Below, in pieces: positions 16,578-26,683 of a stretch of DNA of 64,000 nt. Within the stretch, counting starts at the first letter, position 1. Each line of letters begins with the position of its first letter. The DNA is from a virus (lineage: Duplodnaviria > Caudoviricetes): IMG/VR virus record IMGVR_UViG_3300014208_000023, positions 64,001 to 128,000 of that record; one strand, written 5' to 3'. Made by a program: the position numbers and the translations under genes. The notes beneath the pieces were generated by a model, which ran no database searches, had not been told where the DNA came from, and saw nothing but the letters and a program-made list of their open reading frames with translations.

Positions 16578-17102
16578 GTGAAAAATATCGATTTAGAAAC
16601 TTTCTATAGTAGAGCTAGAACCTCTCTTGAGATCGCTAGCTCATATGTTGGTAACAAGGCCTTTAAAAAGCTAGTAGTTTCTTGCCGACTAAAACCCATT
16701 ACCATATTTGATGATTCTTTTAGAGCGGGCAGATTAGAGTATTGGTGGGTAGATGAGTTTGGTAATTCGTTATTGCTTGCCGATAATAAAATAAAAATAG
16801 TTAAGAACGATCAGAATATAAAAATAAACACTAAAATAAGTACTGATTTATTTTATGGAAAATCTATTCTTGCAACTTCAAGAATAAGCAAATCAATTGC
16901 CCTATCCGGCGATCATTTAGTTTTCTATGGTAATGACGAATACTTTAGATGTTTTGATGTTACAAACGGTGAGAAAATTTCTCCATTAGAAATAGATATT
17001 AATGAGTTAATTGATGTGCAGAGAGGTCTTGGCGGCTCCTATAGATTGCCAAGTAATGAAATTGAAATGATGTTAATAAAGGAATATTCTAGATATGAGT
17101 GA
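16578..17102 (+). CDS. hypothetical protein
   Basis: Operon context. Confidence 0.6.
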   Translation: MKNIDLETFYSRARTSLEIASSYVGNKAFKKLVVSCRLKPITIFDDSFRAGRLEYWWVDEFGNSLLLADNKIKIVKNDQNIKINTKISTDLFYGKSILATSRISKSIALSGDHLVFYGNDEYFRCFDVTNGEKISPLEIDINELIDVQRGLGGSYRLPSNEIEMMLIKEYSRYE

Positions 17103-17325
17103 TGAAAATTATATGGAGATGGAAGGCGTTGTCGATTCCATTTGCAGAGACAAATTTACGGTAGTGGTTAATGACACTAATGATATGGTCGTTATATGCA
17201 CCGTAAGTGGCAAGATAAGAACATCCGGTATAAAGATATTGGCCGGCGACTCGGTTAAGCTTCTAGTGTCTGCACACGATGTTACGAAGGGCAGAATCGT
17301 TTATAGAATGAAGGCAAGTCAGTAG
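17095..17325 (+). CDS. infA: translation initiation factor IF-1
   Basis: MEGVV...F.V...SGKIR...IKILAGDSV...DVTKGRIVYR. Confidence 0.85.
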   Translation: MSDENYMEMEGVVDSICRDKFTVVVNDTNDMVVICTVSGKIRTSGIKILAGDSVKLLVSAHDVTKGRIVYRMKASQ

Positions 17326-17333
17326 GTTTATCA

Positions 17334-19259
17334 ATGAGTAAGAAATCAGTTGAAGTCAAAAATCTTGAAAAACAAATCAAGAAGGCTAGTAACGCATATT
17401 ATAATAAAAAAGATGGTAGCAACGAAGAGGTTGCTATGTCTGATGCGGCCTATGATCTTCTTATAGATAGGCTTGCCGAATTGGATCCAAAAAATCTAAT
17501 GGTAACTTCTATTGGTGCGCCAGTTGAAGAAGATGGCTGGAAAAAAGCCAAACACCAAGTAATGATGGGCTCTTTGAATAAAGCCGCCGAGGCAGAAGAA
17601 ATTAATGTCTGGCTAGATAAATACATCAAAGAAACTGACGAAGTATTTATAATTGACAAGGTTGATGGTCTTTCTATTGAATGTCTTTATGAGGACGGAA
17701 AATTAATTAGCGCCATCTCAAGAGGAGATGGTAAAATTGGCGATGAGATTTTTGATAACGTATCAAAGATGGGCGGAGTTAAATTAGTTTTACCGCTACT
17801 ATTTACTGGAAGTCTTCGTGGCGAGATCATTCTTACCAAAGAAAACCACAAAAAACACTTCGCCGATAAGGCTAACGTTCGCAATACTGCCGCTGGAGTA
17901 GCCAGAAGACTTGATGGTGAGGGCTGTGAGCATCTAGATGTTATATTCTATCAGGCCGTAGGCAATGTGGAGTTAGCTACCGAAGTAGAGCAAATGGAGT
18001 TTCTAACTAAAAATCTTGGATTAAACACTCCAAAGTGGAGTTGCTCATTTGGAACATTAGATAAGAAATCATATGTAGATAGCGCTTATAACTCTTATAA
18101 GGATGAGATTCGTGCTGGCCTAAACTATGAAATTGACGGTCTAGTTGTTAAGGTAAATAATCTGCAAGAGCAGCAAGACCACGGAGAAAGAGACGGCCGA
18201 CCAAAAGGAGCCATTGCGTATAAGTTTCCTGTTGAAAGAGCCAATACGGTAATAACCAACATAGTTATTCAAACTGGCAACTCTGGGAGACTAACTCCCG
18301 TAGCTGAATTTGACCAGGTGCTGTTAGCCGGAGCTATGATTGGTAGGGCCACGCTGCACAACTTTAAACGAGTTCAAGAGCTAGGAATTGATGTTGGCGC
18401 TGAAGTGGTAATCACAAGACGTGGAGATGTTATTCCAGCAGTTGAAGCTGTGCTAAAATCAACTGGCAGTATATTTCAAACACCAACAGAATGTCCTGTC
18501 TGTGGTGGTGATGTTGAGATGCAAGGAGAGAATCTTATGTGCCTCTCTACTGACACCTGCCCAGCACAAGTAAAGGGAAGAATTTCTAATTGGATTAATG
18601 CTATTGGAGTTCTTGAGTGGGGAGATAAGATTGTAGACAAGCTAGTTGAAAGCGGATTGGTTAAAACCATTGCTGATATTTATAAGCTGTCTATAAAAGA
18701 CCTTATGAGCATAGAGCGAATGGGCGAGATTTCTGCTAAAAAATGTCACGCCATTCTGTGGTCACACAAAGTTATTCCTCTAGATATCTTTATTGGCGGA
18801 TTAAGCATTCCAACGGCAGCATCATCAACTATTAGAATGCTAATGGAGGCCGGATATGATTCTATGGATAAGATTCTAGATCTTCGCAATACAGATGGTT
18901 CTGAAGTTATGAAGGTCAAAGGAATTGGGGCTGCCAAAGCCAAACTGCTTATTGATGGACTTAAAAGAAACAATAAAATCATAAATGAAATCCTAAAATC
19001 AGGAATCACTATACGTCCCAACGTAGAAGGCAATCTTACTGGCAAAAAAATTGCCATTACTGGAGCAACAAACTTAAAGCGATCGGTATTGCAGGGCCTT
19101 ATTTCAGACAACGGCGGATCATATAAATCAAGCATCAGTAAAGACTGCACGTTTCTTGTTATATCAGATCCGAACAGCGCCTCCATCAAGGCAGTAAGCG
19201 CTCGTGGAATGGGAATTAAGCTAATAAGCGAAGATGAGTTATTGGAGATGATAAAGTGA
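17334..19259 (+). CDS. ligA: NAD-dependent DNA ligase
   Basis: KVDG, RGDG, RGE, DGLVVK, OB fold, CPVCG zinc finger, HhH, C-terminal BRCT. Confidence 0.95.
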   Translation: MSKKSVEVKNLEKQIKKASNAYYNKKDGSNEEVAMSDAAYDLLIDRLAELDPKNLMVTSIGAPVEEDGWKKAKHQVMMGSLNKAAEAEEINVWLDKYIKETDEVFIIDKVDGLSIECLYEDGKLISAISRGDGKIGDEIFDNVSKMGGVKLVLPLLFTGSLRGEIILTKENHKKHFADKANVRNTAAGVARRLDGEGCEHLDVIFYQAVGNVELATEVEQMEFLTKNLGLNTPKWSCSFGTLDKKSYVDSAYNSYKDEIRAGLNYEIDGLVVKVNNLQEQQDHGERDGRPKGAIAYKFPVERANTVITNIVIQTGNSGRLTPVAEFDQVLLAGAMIGRATLHNFKRVQELGIDVGAEVVITRRGDVIPAVEAVLKSTGSIFQTPTECPVCGGDVEMQGENLMCLSTDTCPAQVKGRISNWINAIGVLEWGDKIVDKLVESGLVKTIADIYKLSIKDLMSIERMGEISAKKCHAILWSHKVIPLDIFIGGLSIPTAASSTIRMLMEAGYDSMDKILDLRNTDGSEVMKVKGIGAAKAKLLIDGLKRNNKIINEILKSGITIRPNVEGNLTGKKIAITGATNLKRSVLQGLISDNGGSYKSSISKDCTFLVISDPNSASIKAVSARGMGIKLISEDELLEMIK

Positions 19260-19708
19260 AAAAAGATCATAAATTCGTTAAGTCAGACATAGTTATCCAT
19301 CCTGATGGGTGGCAAGGAGAAATAACTAACATTAGCGCCAGTGGCAGGCTTGGGTTTGTTGGTCGTTGGGTTAGTCTGGATGACTTGGAATTTTGCTATA
19401 ATGCAGACGAGGCCGATGAAGAAGCTGGTCGCAAAAGCACCGGCTCATTACCATCTACTCCTCATGAAAATTCCACGATAGATCATGAGTCTATTACTGC
19501 CTTATTAAGTTGGCGAGATAGTAGTACCGATCATTATGGGGATGATTTAATAGCTCTTCTAATGGCAGAGTTTAGCTCTGATCCATATACATTACATCAT
19601 AACAGAAAGGATATTCCTGGTGAATACCTAAAAGGATTAGAAGAAATTAAAAAATTATCTTATGATGATCAACATAAAATAATTGAGGCTTTTGTAGAAA
19701 AACAATGA
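19256..19708 (+). CDS. hypothetical protein
   Basis: Coupled ORF. Confidence 0.6.
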   Translation: MKKDHKFVKSDIVIHPDGWQGEITNISASGRLGFVGRWVSLDDLEFCYNADEADEEAGRKSTGSLPSTPHENSTIDHESITALLSWRDSSTDHYGDDLIALLMAEFSSDPYTLHHNRKDIPGEYLKGLEEIKKLSYDDQHKIIEAFVEKQ

Positions 19709-19875
19709 AAAAAGTAGAATCAGACGGCAAATGCCCTATGACTGGTCATCAGTGCACGTGCATTCCACGCACAACAGGCCATTGGTGTTGTTGGAGCATT
19801 CCTAGAACAGAGATGGAAGCGTATCGTGCAACTCTAGAAATAGAGCAGTCTGATGATTCGGATGATAAGAAATGA
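19705..19875 (+). CDS. 56-aa Cys-containing protein (not in ORF track)
   Basis: MKKVESDGKCPMTGHQCTC...; coupled at both ends. Confidence 0.5.
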   Translation: MKKVESDGKCPMTGHQCTCIPRTTGHWCCWSIPRTEMEAYRATLEIEQSDDSDDKK

Positions 19876-20060
19876 GTCGTTCGCGTAGAAAAAAGAAACG
19901 CGACAAGGTGTTTCCAATATTTGAGACAGGTTGTCCGCTATGTGATCCCGAAGCTAGACGTCAGATTGGACGCGAAGCAGAAGATCGTGATGAGACCAAG
20001 TTTATTCATAAAACTATTGCTGAAGACCTGGCTGACTATAAAGATAAGGAAGATAAATGA
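19872..20060 (+). CDS. small hypothetical protein
   Basis: Coupled ORF. Confidence 0.55.
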   Translation: MSRSRRKKKRDKVFPIFETGCPLCDPEARRQIGREAEDRDETKFIHKTIAEDLADYKDKEDK

Positions 20061-20479
20061 AAAGAGTTGTAATTGAATCGCCATATGCAGGTGAAGTAGA
20101 AGAGAATGTTGCATATGCTAAACGTTGTGTAGGAGATTGTTTAAAGCGTGGGGAATCGCCTTATGCATCTCATTTGTTTTTTACGCAACCCGGAATGCTA
20201 GATGATTTGAAACCAGAAGAAAGAGAGCTTGGAATATTGGCCGGTTTTGCTTGGGGAAAAGCTGCCGATACAATAGTTTTCTATATTGATCGCGGAATAT
20301 CTGGAGGAATGCTTCGTGGAGTTACATCGGCACTTGAAAATAATAAAAACATAGAAGTCCGCTCTCTTGAGCGCAAAGTAACACAAGAAGACATTGGCAA
20401 ATTAGGACTTATTACTTATTTCAATAGAATTGAGGATGTGGCGCGAGAACAAACAGAGTTGGACTTACTTATTAGCTAG
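20057..20479 (+). CDS. nucleoside 2-deoxyribosyltransferase-fold phage protein
   Basis: VVIESPYAG...ENVAYA...PYASHL. Confidence 0.6.
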   Translation: MKRVVIESPYAGEVEENVAYAKRCVGDCLKRGESPYASHLFFTQPGMLDDLKPEERELGILAGFAWGKAADTIVFYIDRGISGGMLRGVTSALENNKNIEVRSLERKVTQEDIGKLGLITYFNRIEDVAREQTELDLLIS

Positions 20480-20979
20480 TAGCCCGGCTCGTCTCTTTTA
20501 ATTTCCGGCTCATCTAACTCTATAGTTTCTTTTGGTGCTCCTGGTGGCCCAATATAATAATGACGATACGCTGCAAAATTAACTGCATCACGAAGAATTT
20601 CTAAATTAGTTTCAAGTATATCTATGGATGTTGAGGAGATGTTTTGCACTCCCTTCTTCTTTAGAACTTCTGCTGGATCTAGCCCTAATCCTTTTAATTT
20701 TTCTTTGCTTAACGTAAGAGCGGCCAATAGTGATTCTATTGTTTTAAGAGCAGACGCATCTCCATAGGCAGGCGCTTTTTTATAGGCAGCAATACCATCG
20801 AATATCTTTTTGGCTACGGCCGGCGAATAAAGATAGGTTCCGGTCCCTCTAAACGCAGAAAGAAGCGTATTTGACCACAAATCAATTTCTTTTTTCTGTG
20901 CCGGATTCATTTTTGTATTTAGCTGCTGAGCTAATTTAGCAAATATTTCACAGGCTAAAGATAGTTTTGGCGTATTCAT
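20476..20979 (-). CDS. hypothetical protein with degenerate leader motif
   Basis: KLSLACEIFAKLAQQ; TATAAT 8 nt before ATG. Confidence 0.7.
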   Translation of the reverse strand: MNTPKLSLACEIFAKLAQQLNTKMNPAQKKEIDLWSNTLLSAFRGTGTYLYSPAVAKKIFDGIAAYKKAPAYGDASALKTIESLLAALTLSKEKLKGLGLDPAEVLKKKGVQNISSTSIDILETNLEILRDAVNFAAYRHYYIGPPGAPKETIELDEPEIKRDEPGY

Positions 20980-21035
20980 TATGTATAATTATACTTTTTT
21001 AGTAGTCTAGGATATATGAAGAATAGGAGTTTATA

Positions 21036-21251
21036 ATGAAAGAGGATAATAAAAAAATTGAGCAACTTGAAAAAATTAATGCTCAATTAACGCAAAGAGT
21101 CAAAGAGCTTGAAGAAATAGTCCTATCGCCACAAGAAAACGAAGCGCTATATAATTATCAAAATTTTGGTATTGGTGCCGGAACCGATGAGATGGATAGA
21201 ATAGTTAAAAAAATTATGAAATTTTCAGTAGCGAGTAAGCCTAATGTTTAA
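21036..21251 (+). CDS. small coiled-coil protein
   Basis: AGGAG SD. Confidence 0.65.
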   Translation: MKEDNKKIEQLEKINAQLTQRVKELEEIVLSPQENEALYNYQNFGIGAGTDEMDRIVKKIMKFSVASKPNV

Positions 21252-21582
21252 AAAAGAATGTGAATGTAGAACGTTATTTAGAACCATAGAAGATTATAGA
21301 GATCATTTGCCATGTGATGCTTATAGTGAGAAAGATGCGTTAAAGATGGAGGTAGCCGCACTTAAAAAGTCAGCACAAGCAATGTCTGGAGCATTAAATC
21401 TTATCGATTACTATCTAGGCAATACTGAAGGCATGGGCTTTAACTATGAAATGAATTGCGATCCTCATGAAATTGCTGCCAGAGTAAAAATAGCCCTTAA
21501 ACCATTTGAATGTCATTGTGGATGTATGACAATTGGCAGATCTAATTATGGAATTTGCGTTCATAGAAATCAAATTAAATGA
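21244..21582 (+). CDS. hypothetical protein
   Basis: Coupled ORF. Confidence 0.6.
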   Translation: MFKKECECRTLFRTIEDYRDHLPCDAYSEKDALKMEVAALKKSAQAMSGALNLIDYYLGNTEGMGFNYEMNCDPHEIAARVKIALKPFECHCGCMTIGRSNYGICVHRNQIK

Positions 21583-21812
21583 ATTTAGAAATTGCGGGTT
21601 ACTGTGTGTATCTAGAAAATGACAAAATTGATCCGTCTCTTTTTGGAGATCGTAGAGCTAGACATGTTGGCAATACTCACGTGGTCTATTGTGAAAACAT
21701 AGAAGATGCTCAAGAGTTACAAAATAAAGTAAAAGGATCTAGTTACGGACCCTATTATCATCTCCGCAATAATAGTGGTATTCCTGATGAAAATGGAACT
21801 GTTTTATATTAG
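21579..21812 (+). CDS. hypothetical protein
   Basis: Coupled ORF. Confidence 0.6.
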   Translation: MNLEIAGYCVYLENDKIDPSLFGDRRARHVGNTHVVYCENIEDAQELQNKVKGSSYGPYYHLRNNSGIPDENGTVLY

Positions 21813-22040
21813 TTTTGCGCGGGCTGTATTTTACAATTGGTTTTATCGCTAGCTAGATTTAATATGGTTTTCTCAAGAATTTTTATTAGAGTTTCGGCAT
21901 CCTCATAAAAATATACATTTTTCACGTTAGTTTTAATGTTAGGGAAATCTTTTTTAGCAGTATATGCTATTAGGGCAAATAAGGCAAGCTCATCGCCATC
22001 ATTAAGGCCAAAATCTTTTTTAAGACCATATATCCACCCA

Positions 22041-22199
22041 TTAAATAATGTTATGGTATTTATTTTTAGCTATTTCAAGATGTTTTTTCCAGCGATCAGG
22101 TGCTGCATTACTAGACTTGCCAAAATAAAGCTTGCCATTTACTGTATTTGTTATTTTATATACTAAAAATTCTTTAACTATAGATACTTCTCGCGTCAT
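22041..22199 (-). pseudogene. truncated GIY-YIG endonuclease (52 aa)
   Basis: LVYKITNTVNGKLYFGKS...RWKKH followed by an early stop. Confidence 0.6.
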
Positions 22200-22980
22200 A
22201 GCCCCCCTGCTCACTTACCAAATAACATAAACTATCATCTAACAATATATCGAATAAATCTACGGGCTTATCATTTAATGTGGCATTTCTTAAGCAAATC
22301 CGTATTGAGGATGAATAATCCTGATAGTCTATTGAGTGGCTCGTACAGTTTGGTTGAGGCCCTTGGATTGCGACCCCAGTGTTTGGATTAAACCACCCAT
22401 ATATACCTACGTTATTTTTATGAGTAAGTAACGCCTTATCTATCACAGTATCTTTTTTTGTTCCAGTCAATAATGTGAATGGTCTTCCCGCAATCTGCTT
22501 ATTAATTTCCGCATTATGATTGACCAATATTTGCGTGCCCATCATATTTAAGCTGGCCCCCATTGGTCTTGGGTTTAATTTAAGATCGGCCAATCTCCAA
22601 ATATCGTCACACATCTTTTTTGTCGGCATAGTGCAGTTGATTTGATCTAACAGTCTCTTGGCCGATCTGCCGTTTAAAGAAATCCGTAAATAATCATCAT
22701 TACTTCCAACGCTCAACACGTCTGGAGACACATAGTATTTCAGTAAATTACCCTGGGCCAAAACGGTGACTGGAGTAAAGTTCCTTACTGAATCAGGAAT
22801 ATTGCCCGAAAGTATTTCTTTAATAAAGTAATCATCTCTAGGCTGGCCGGAAAGACCTAATAGTGTCTGGCCTATTTGCGACCCTGTTTTGGCGCCGCCT
22901 TCTCTTTCTGGTAGATTTATCATTGATTTGCCTAATGTTGGAGATACTAACTCATTAACTTCAGGAATATAATTATTCAT
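22174..22980 (-). CDS. conserved hypothetical protein
   Basis: 268-aa intact ORF with TGTKKD, IYGW, H...YQDYS motifs. Confidence 0.7.
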   Translation of the reverse strand: MNNYIPEVNELVSPTLGKSMINLPEREGGAKTGSQIGQTLLGLSGQPRDDYFIKEILSGNIPDSVRNFTPVTVLAQGNLLKYYVSPDVLSVGSNDDYLRISLNGRSAKRLLDQINCTMPTKKMCDDIWRLADLKLNPRPMGASLNMMGTQILVNHNAEINKQIAGRPFTLLTGTKKDTVIDKALLTHKNNVGIYGWFNPNTGVAIQGPQPNCTSHSIDYQDYSSSIRICLRNATLNDKPVDLFDILLDDSLCYLVSEQGGYDARSIYS

Positions 22981-23786
22981 ACTAACAATACGTTCATTGC
23001 TTCAGCAACGAAAAAGTCTGCGCTATTTGAATCTAAAAGATAATCGCTAGATACCCAGGCGAACCCAGGCTTACCATTAATTGTCTTGCCCCAATCTCCC
23101 CAAGAGTTTAAGAGGCAAAATTCTTTCTTGCCACCATTATCACGAACGCCAACTAAAACCGTTGCGTGAAGACCGATGGTTTCAGATTTGGAAGGTGGAG
23201 TAAAAACAATATTGTCACCCATGTAGCTTTGGAACTTTGAGCTAACTGCGGTTCCCCATACTACTGGTAGCCCAGCCCTAATATTCATTTCAACATCCTC
23301 AAGTCTTTTTTGTCCAGAGCTGGATATTTGATGAAAGCTGCTTACCGTATTATCATTGGCCTGTTTGTATGCTAGGATAGATGGGGTATCAGCAAATCTT
23401 TTTGGATCCGTTTTCCACATACTTAACGAGCATGTGCCAAGAGACTCTAAGGAGTAGAAGTTGTTGTGTATGTAGCTGCCGTCATCCATTCCAATGTTAT
23501 TGTCGGCAACTCTCGCGTTGTAGTAAGTAAACATAGGGCTAAGAGGTTCAAAATTGGCCAGATCGCTGCTATTGGCTTTTACAATTTCTAGTGCAGTTGT
23601 GGTAGCGAATGCCGCACAAGCACTTAATGATCCTTGATTTTTAGTGGGAACTTTATCGCTTGGAATTACGTAGTGGTCTGCCGTATTAGCAGCCGCAGCC
23701 CGTTGTAGAGCGGCTGTTTGATTGAAGTCTTTAACATTTACGCTTCCGAAATTATTATTCGAAGGTTTATATCCAAATTTATTCAT
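22977..23786 (-). CDS. papain-like C1 cysteine peptidase
   Basis: QGSLSACAAFA (Cys), GLHAT (His), LNSWG (Asn). Confidence 0.85.
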   Translation of the reverse strand: MNKFGYKPSNNNFGSVNVKDFNQTAALQRAAAANTADHYVIPSDKVPTKNQGSLSACAAFATTTALEIVKANSSDLANFEPLSPMFTYYNARVADNNIGMDDGSYIHNNFYSLESLGTCSLSMWKTDPKRFADTPSILAYKQANDNTVSSFHQISSSGQKRLEDVEMNIRAGLPVVWGTAVSSKFQSYMGDNIVFTPPSKSETIGLHATVLVGVRDNGGKKEFCLLNSWGDWGKTINGKPGFAWVSSDYLLDSNSADFFVAEAMNVLLV

Positions 23787-24115
23787 CGTGTTGTTCCTAC
23801 GCATTTATCAATTTCAGAGCAGCTTATGATTTTTGATAAGCATTCTGGGCCTAAAGAAATGCCGGCTGATTGCGTCTCTTCACAAAACTGGGTAAAGGTT
23901 TTGCCCTTTTTAGTTAGAGCTACTGTCTGGCAACAATACATATTTTCATTAGGGCTTATCCTGCATAAATCGGTCATGTGGCGCTCGGCCGATCCACAGT
24001 ATTGTGAGCCTACCGGTTTTGGAGTTTCTCTATAATCAATTGGCTTTGGTTTGCTTCCAGGTTGGCAGCCAATTATCAGGGCTATTACTGCCATTATAAC
24101 TGATATTTTTTTCAT
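23783..24115 (-). CDS. Cys-rich lipoprotein
   Basis: MKKISVIMAVIALIIGC lipobox-type signal. Confidence 0.7.
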   Translation of the reverse strand: MKKISVIMAVIALIIGCQPGSKPKPIDYRETPKPVGSQYCGSAERHMTDLCRISPNENMYCCQTVALTKKGKTFTQFCEETQSAGISLGPECLSKIISCSEIDKCVGTTR

Positions 24116-24211
24116 ACTACATCTCCGTTTATAATTGTCGAGAGATGCAATTATGTCGATATATCTCTCGTGGGAATGCCAAAAAATAGCCACGGCCACG
24201 CGGAGAAATTA

Positions 24212-25249
24212 ATGTTTTTTAAAGAGAAAATATCCTTTGATGATGTTTTATTAGAACCAAAGTATTCAGAAATCAGATCCAGATCTGAAGTAGATTTATC
24301 TATTAATTTATGTAAGGGCTTCAGTTTTAGAATACCATTTATTCCCGCTAATATGCAAAGCATTATTAGTAAGCAAATGATTGATAGGATAGTGGAAAGA
24401 TCCGGGCTTATCTTTATGCATCGTTTTGGCAGTACTGAAGAGCAATTAAAATTAATTACTAAACTAACCGACTCATGGGGAGATAAGTTATTTAATTTCC
24501 TGGGCGTTTCAATTGGTGTCAAAAAACAAGACTATGATAATCTAAAATTCTTTAGCGAATTGGGAATAAAAATATTCTGCGTAGATATAGCGCACCTAGA
24601 TTCCGCACATGGCCTAGAAATGGTCAAGTATATTTCCACGAATTATCCTAAAGCCCTTTTGGTGGCCGGTAACGTTGCTACTGGAGAAGCGGCGGCAAGA
24701 GCATGGCGGGCCGGTGCCGATGTCGTAAAGGTAGGCATAGGATCAGGGTCTATTTGTAGCACTCGTATTGAGGCGGCAGCAGGAGTCCCCCAGCTGTCTG
24801 CCATTATTGATGTGGCCGAAGCTAAAAGGAAACTAGAGCCGGAGCTAGGAAGAAAAATTTACTCTATTTCAGATGGCTCAGCTAGAGAGGCTGGAGATTG
24901 TGTAAAGAGCTTATGTTTTAGTGATATGGTAATGCTGGGCTCATACTTTGCCGGAGCAGTTGAAACTCCTGGCGATGAGATTGAGATTAACGGCCAAAGA
25001 CTTAAGCCATATCACGGAAGCTCTACTCACAAGGACTCTAGGGTAGAGGGAGTTAAGGCGGCGGTTCATAGTAAGGGGCATGTAGGAGATTTAATAACCA
25101 AATTGTATGAGGGAGTTCAGAGCGGCTGTAGCTATCAAGGAGCCAGAAATCTAGAGCAACTTAAAAATGAGCCGGCCTTCATAAAAATAACTGGAGCAGG
25201 ACTTACCGAAAGTCGCATACACGACGTAATCATTCCTTTGCACTACTAG
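24212..25249 (+). CDS. IMP dehydrogenase / GMP reductase family, no CBS domain
   Basis: FDDVLLEP, GNVATG, KVGIGSGSICSTR, VPQLSA, DGS, YHGSST. Confidence 0.85.
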   Translation: MFFKEKISFDDVLLEPKYSEIRSRSEVDLSINLCKGFSFRIPFIPANMQSIISKQMIDRIVERSGLIFMHRFGSTEEQLKLITKLTDSWGDKLFNFLGVSIGVKKQDYDNLKFFSELGIKIFCVDIAHLDSAHGLEMVKYISTNYPKALLVAGNVATGEAAARAWRAGADVVKVGIGSGSICSTRIEAAAGVPQLSAIIDVAEAKRKLEPELGRKIYSISDGSAREAGDCVKSLCFSDMVMLGSYFAGAVETPGDEIEINGQRLKPYHGSSTHKDSRVEGVKAAVHSKGHVGDLITKLYEGVQSGCSYQGARNLEQLKNEPAFIKITGAGLTESRIHDVIIPLHY

Positions 25250-25257
25250 GATTTATA

Positions 25258-25806
25258 ATGAGCAATAACAACATTAATTTAGAATTCCTTTTGAAAGTTT
25301 TGTCACTAACTGCTAACATATCATATATGGATATTTGGTGGAGAACCGATGGCGATTATGCTCCAGTAAGTATTTTTATAAACTGCCATAATGTTTTTAG
25401 TGAAGGGTTTGCGGATTTTGAATCAATAACTCCTGATAACATCCACATCCTTGAAAAGGCATCGGAAGATATAAAGGCAATTGGAGCGTCAGACGAATTC
25501 ATTCCTATGTTATTCTGCGCAAGAATACGAAAACAAAGGCCTAGAGACGAAATGATTCCTGATAACAATAAGGTCATGAAGCTTTTTCATGAGTGCGGCC
25601 CATATATTTTATATCCAGATTTATTTGTTCCAAAATGTGCAGAGACAAATGAAGATATTGCTGATGACCCTGATACTAGCGGTAGTTGGTGGCAGAGGCT
25701 ATTAGAGTTCATTTCAAATATCTTAAAAAGAATTAGCCAAACTATTGGTAATGCAACTGAAACCGTTACTGGTTTTGTTAAGGAGAAAATTGAAGGTTTG
25801 GTATAA
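25258..25806 (+). CDS. hypothetical protein
   Basis: AGGA SD. Confidence 0.65.
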   Translation: MSNNNINLEFLLKVLSLTANISYMDIWWRTDGDYAPVSIFINCHNVFSEGFADFESITPDNIHILEKASEDIKAIGASDEFIPMLFCARIRKQRPRDEMIPDNNKVMKLFHECGPYILYPDLFVPKCAETNEDIADDPDTSGSWWQRLLEFISNILKRISQTIGNATETVTGFVKEKIEGLV

Positions 25807-26041
25807 AGCCGTTTGTGATAAACACAAAGAGATGATTGATATTTTCGTTAGTAACGTAGCGACAACGTATCATTATTTTCATGGACCACAAGGCGAGCGA
25901 TCACACGAAGATATGTTGATAAATGATTGGCTCGCCAAACATTATGATTGTAGTTTGCGGCTTATACATAACGATATTGATATGGACAAGTGTTTCAATG
26001 ATGGCTATATAGTTATCAAGTGTAAAAAACTTAAAATATAA
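25745..26041 (+). CDS. hypothetical protein, start uncertain
   Basis: Fills gap; true start probably downstream. Confidence 0.45.
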   Translation: MVMQLKPLLVLLRRKLKVWYKAVCDKHKEMIDIFVSNVATTYHYFHGPQGERSHEDMLINDWLAKHYDCSLRLIHNDIDMDKCFNDGYIVIKCKKLKI

Positions 26042-26050
26042 TAGGAACGA

Positions 26051-26239
26051 ATGGCTTTTATAGAAGTAAAAACTTATAAGTTTATATGCGATTCATGTGG
26101 CATAGAAGAAATTTTCCAGGCACCCATGTTCAGACGCCCAGATAATTGGGTCGCTGGTAAAACAAATAATCCATATGCAAAATTTGAATATGAAAAAGAT
26201 ATTTGTCCGGACTGCAAAGACATTCAAAGAGGTAAGTGA
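26051..26239 (+). CDS. small Zn-ribbon protein
   Basis: CDSCG and CPDC. Confidence 0.6.
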   Translation: MAFIEVKTYKFICDSCGIEEIFQAPMFRRPDNWVAGKTNNPYAKFEYEKDICPDCKDIQRGK

Positions 26240-26421
26240 TGCATAAATATACTGTAGGACAAGAAGTAAGTTTGCAAGTAGATGACTATGGCAGTTGGGG
26301 AAACGGAAGCTGGGCAATAGGAAACGTAGTTGCCTGCATATTTGTTAATGGAAAGCCAGCATATGATATACAGGATCGTCAGGGATATATAATTCGAAAT
26401 GTTATGGAAGAATTCAAATGA
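26236..26421 (+). CDS. small SH3/KOW-like protein
   Basis: KYTVGQEV...G.V...YDI pattern. Confidence 0.55.
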   Translation: MMHKYTVGQEVSLQVDDYGSWGNGSWAIGNVVACIFVNGKPAYDIQDRQGYIIRNVMEEFK

Positions 26422-26681
26422 TGATTAATATATCAGATCTAAATATTGAAAATTTTGAAAATAAATTAATAGATTTATCTAAAAATTATAGTAAAGCAAT
26501 AGTTAATTTAAATGGATATTTAAAATTACTTAAAAGTGCAAAATATTTAGGAAATGATTCTGTTATTGATATCGTAGTTTTGCGAGAATCATTAAGTGCC
26601 GGACATTACGCCAATATTGGTGAAATGCAAATTTACTGTAGTCCGTTCATAGCTGATGACGAAATGGAAATAGAAAAATAA
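26418..26681 (+). CDS. hypothetical protein
   Basis: Coupled ORF. Confidence 0.55.
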   Translation: MMINISDLNIENFENKLIDLSKNYSKAIVNLNGYLKLLKSAKYLGNDSVIDIVVLRESLSAGHYANIGEMQIYCSPFIADDEMEIEK

Positions 26682-26683
26682 AT

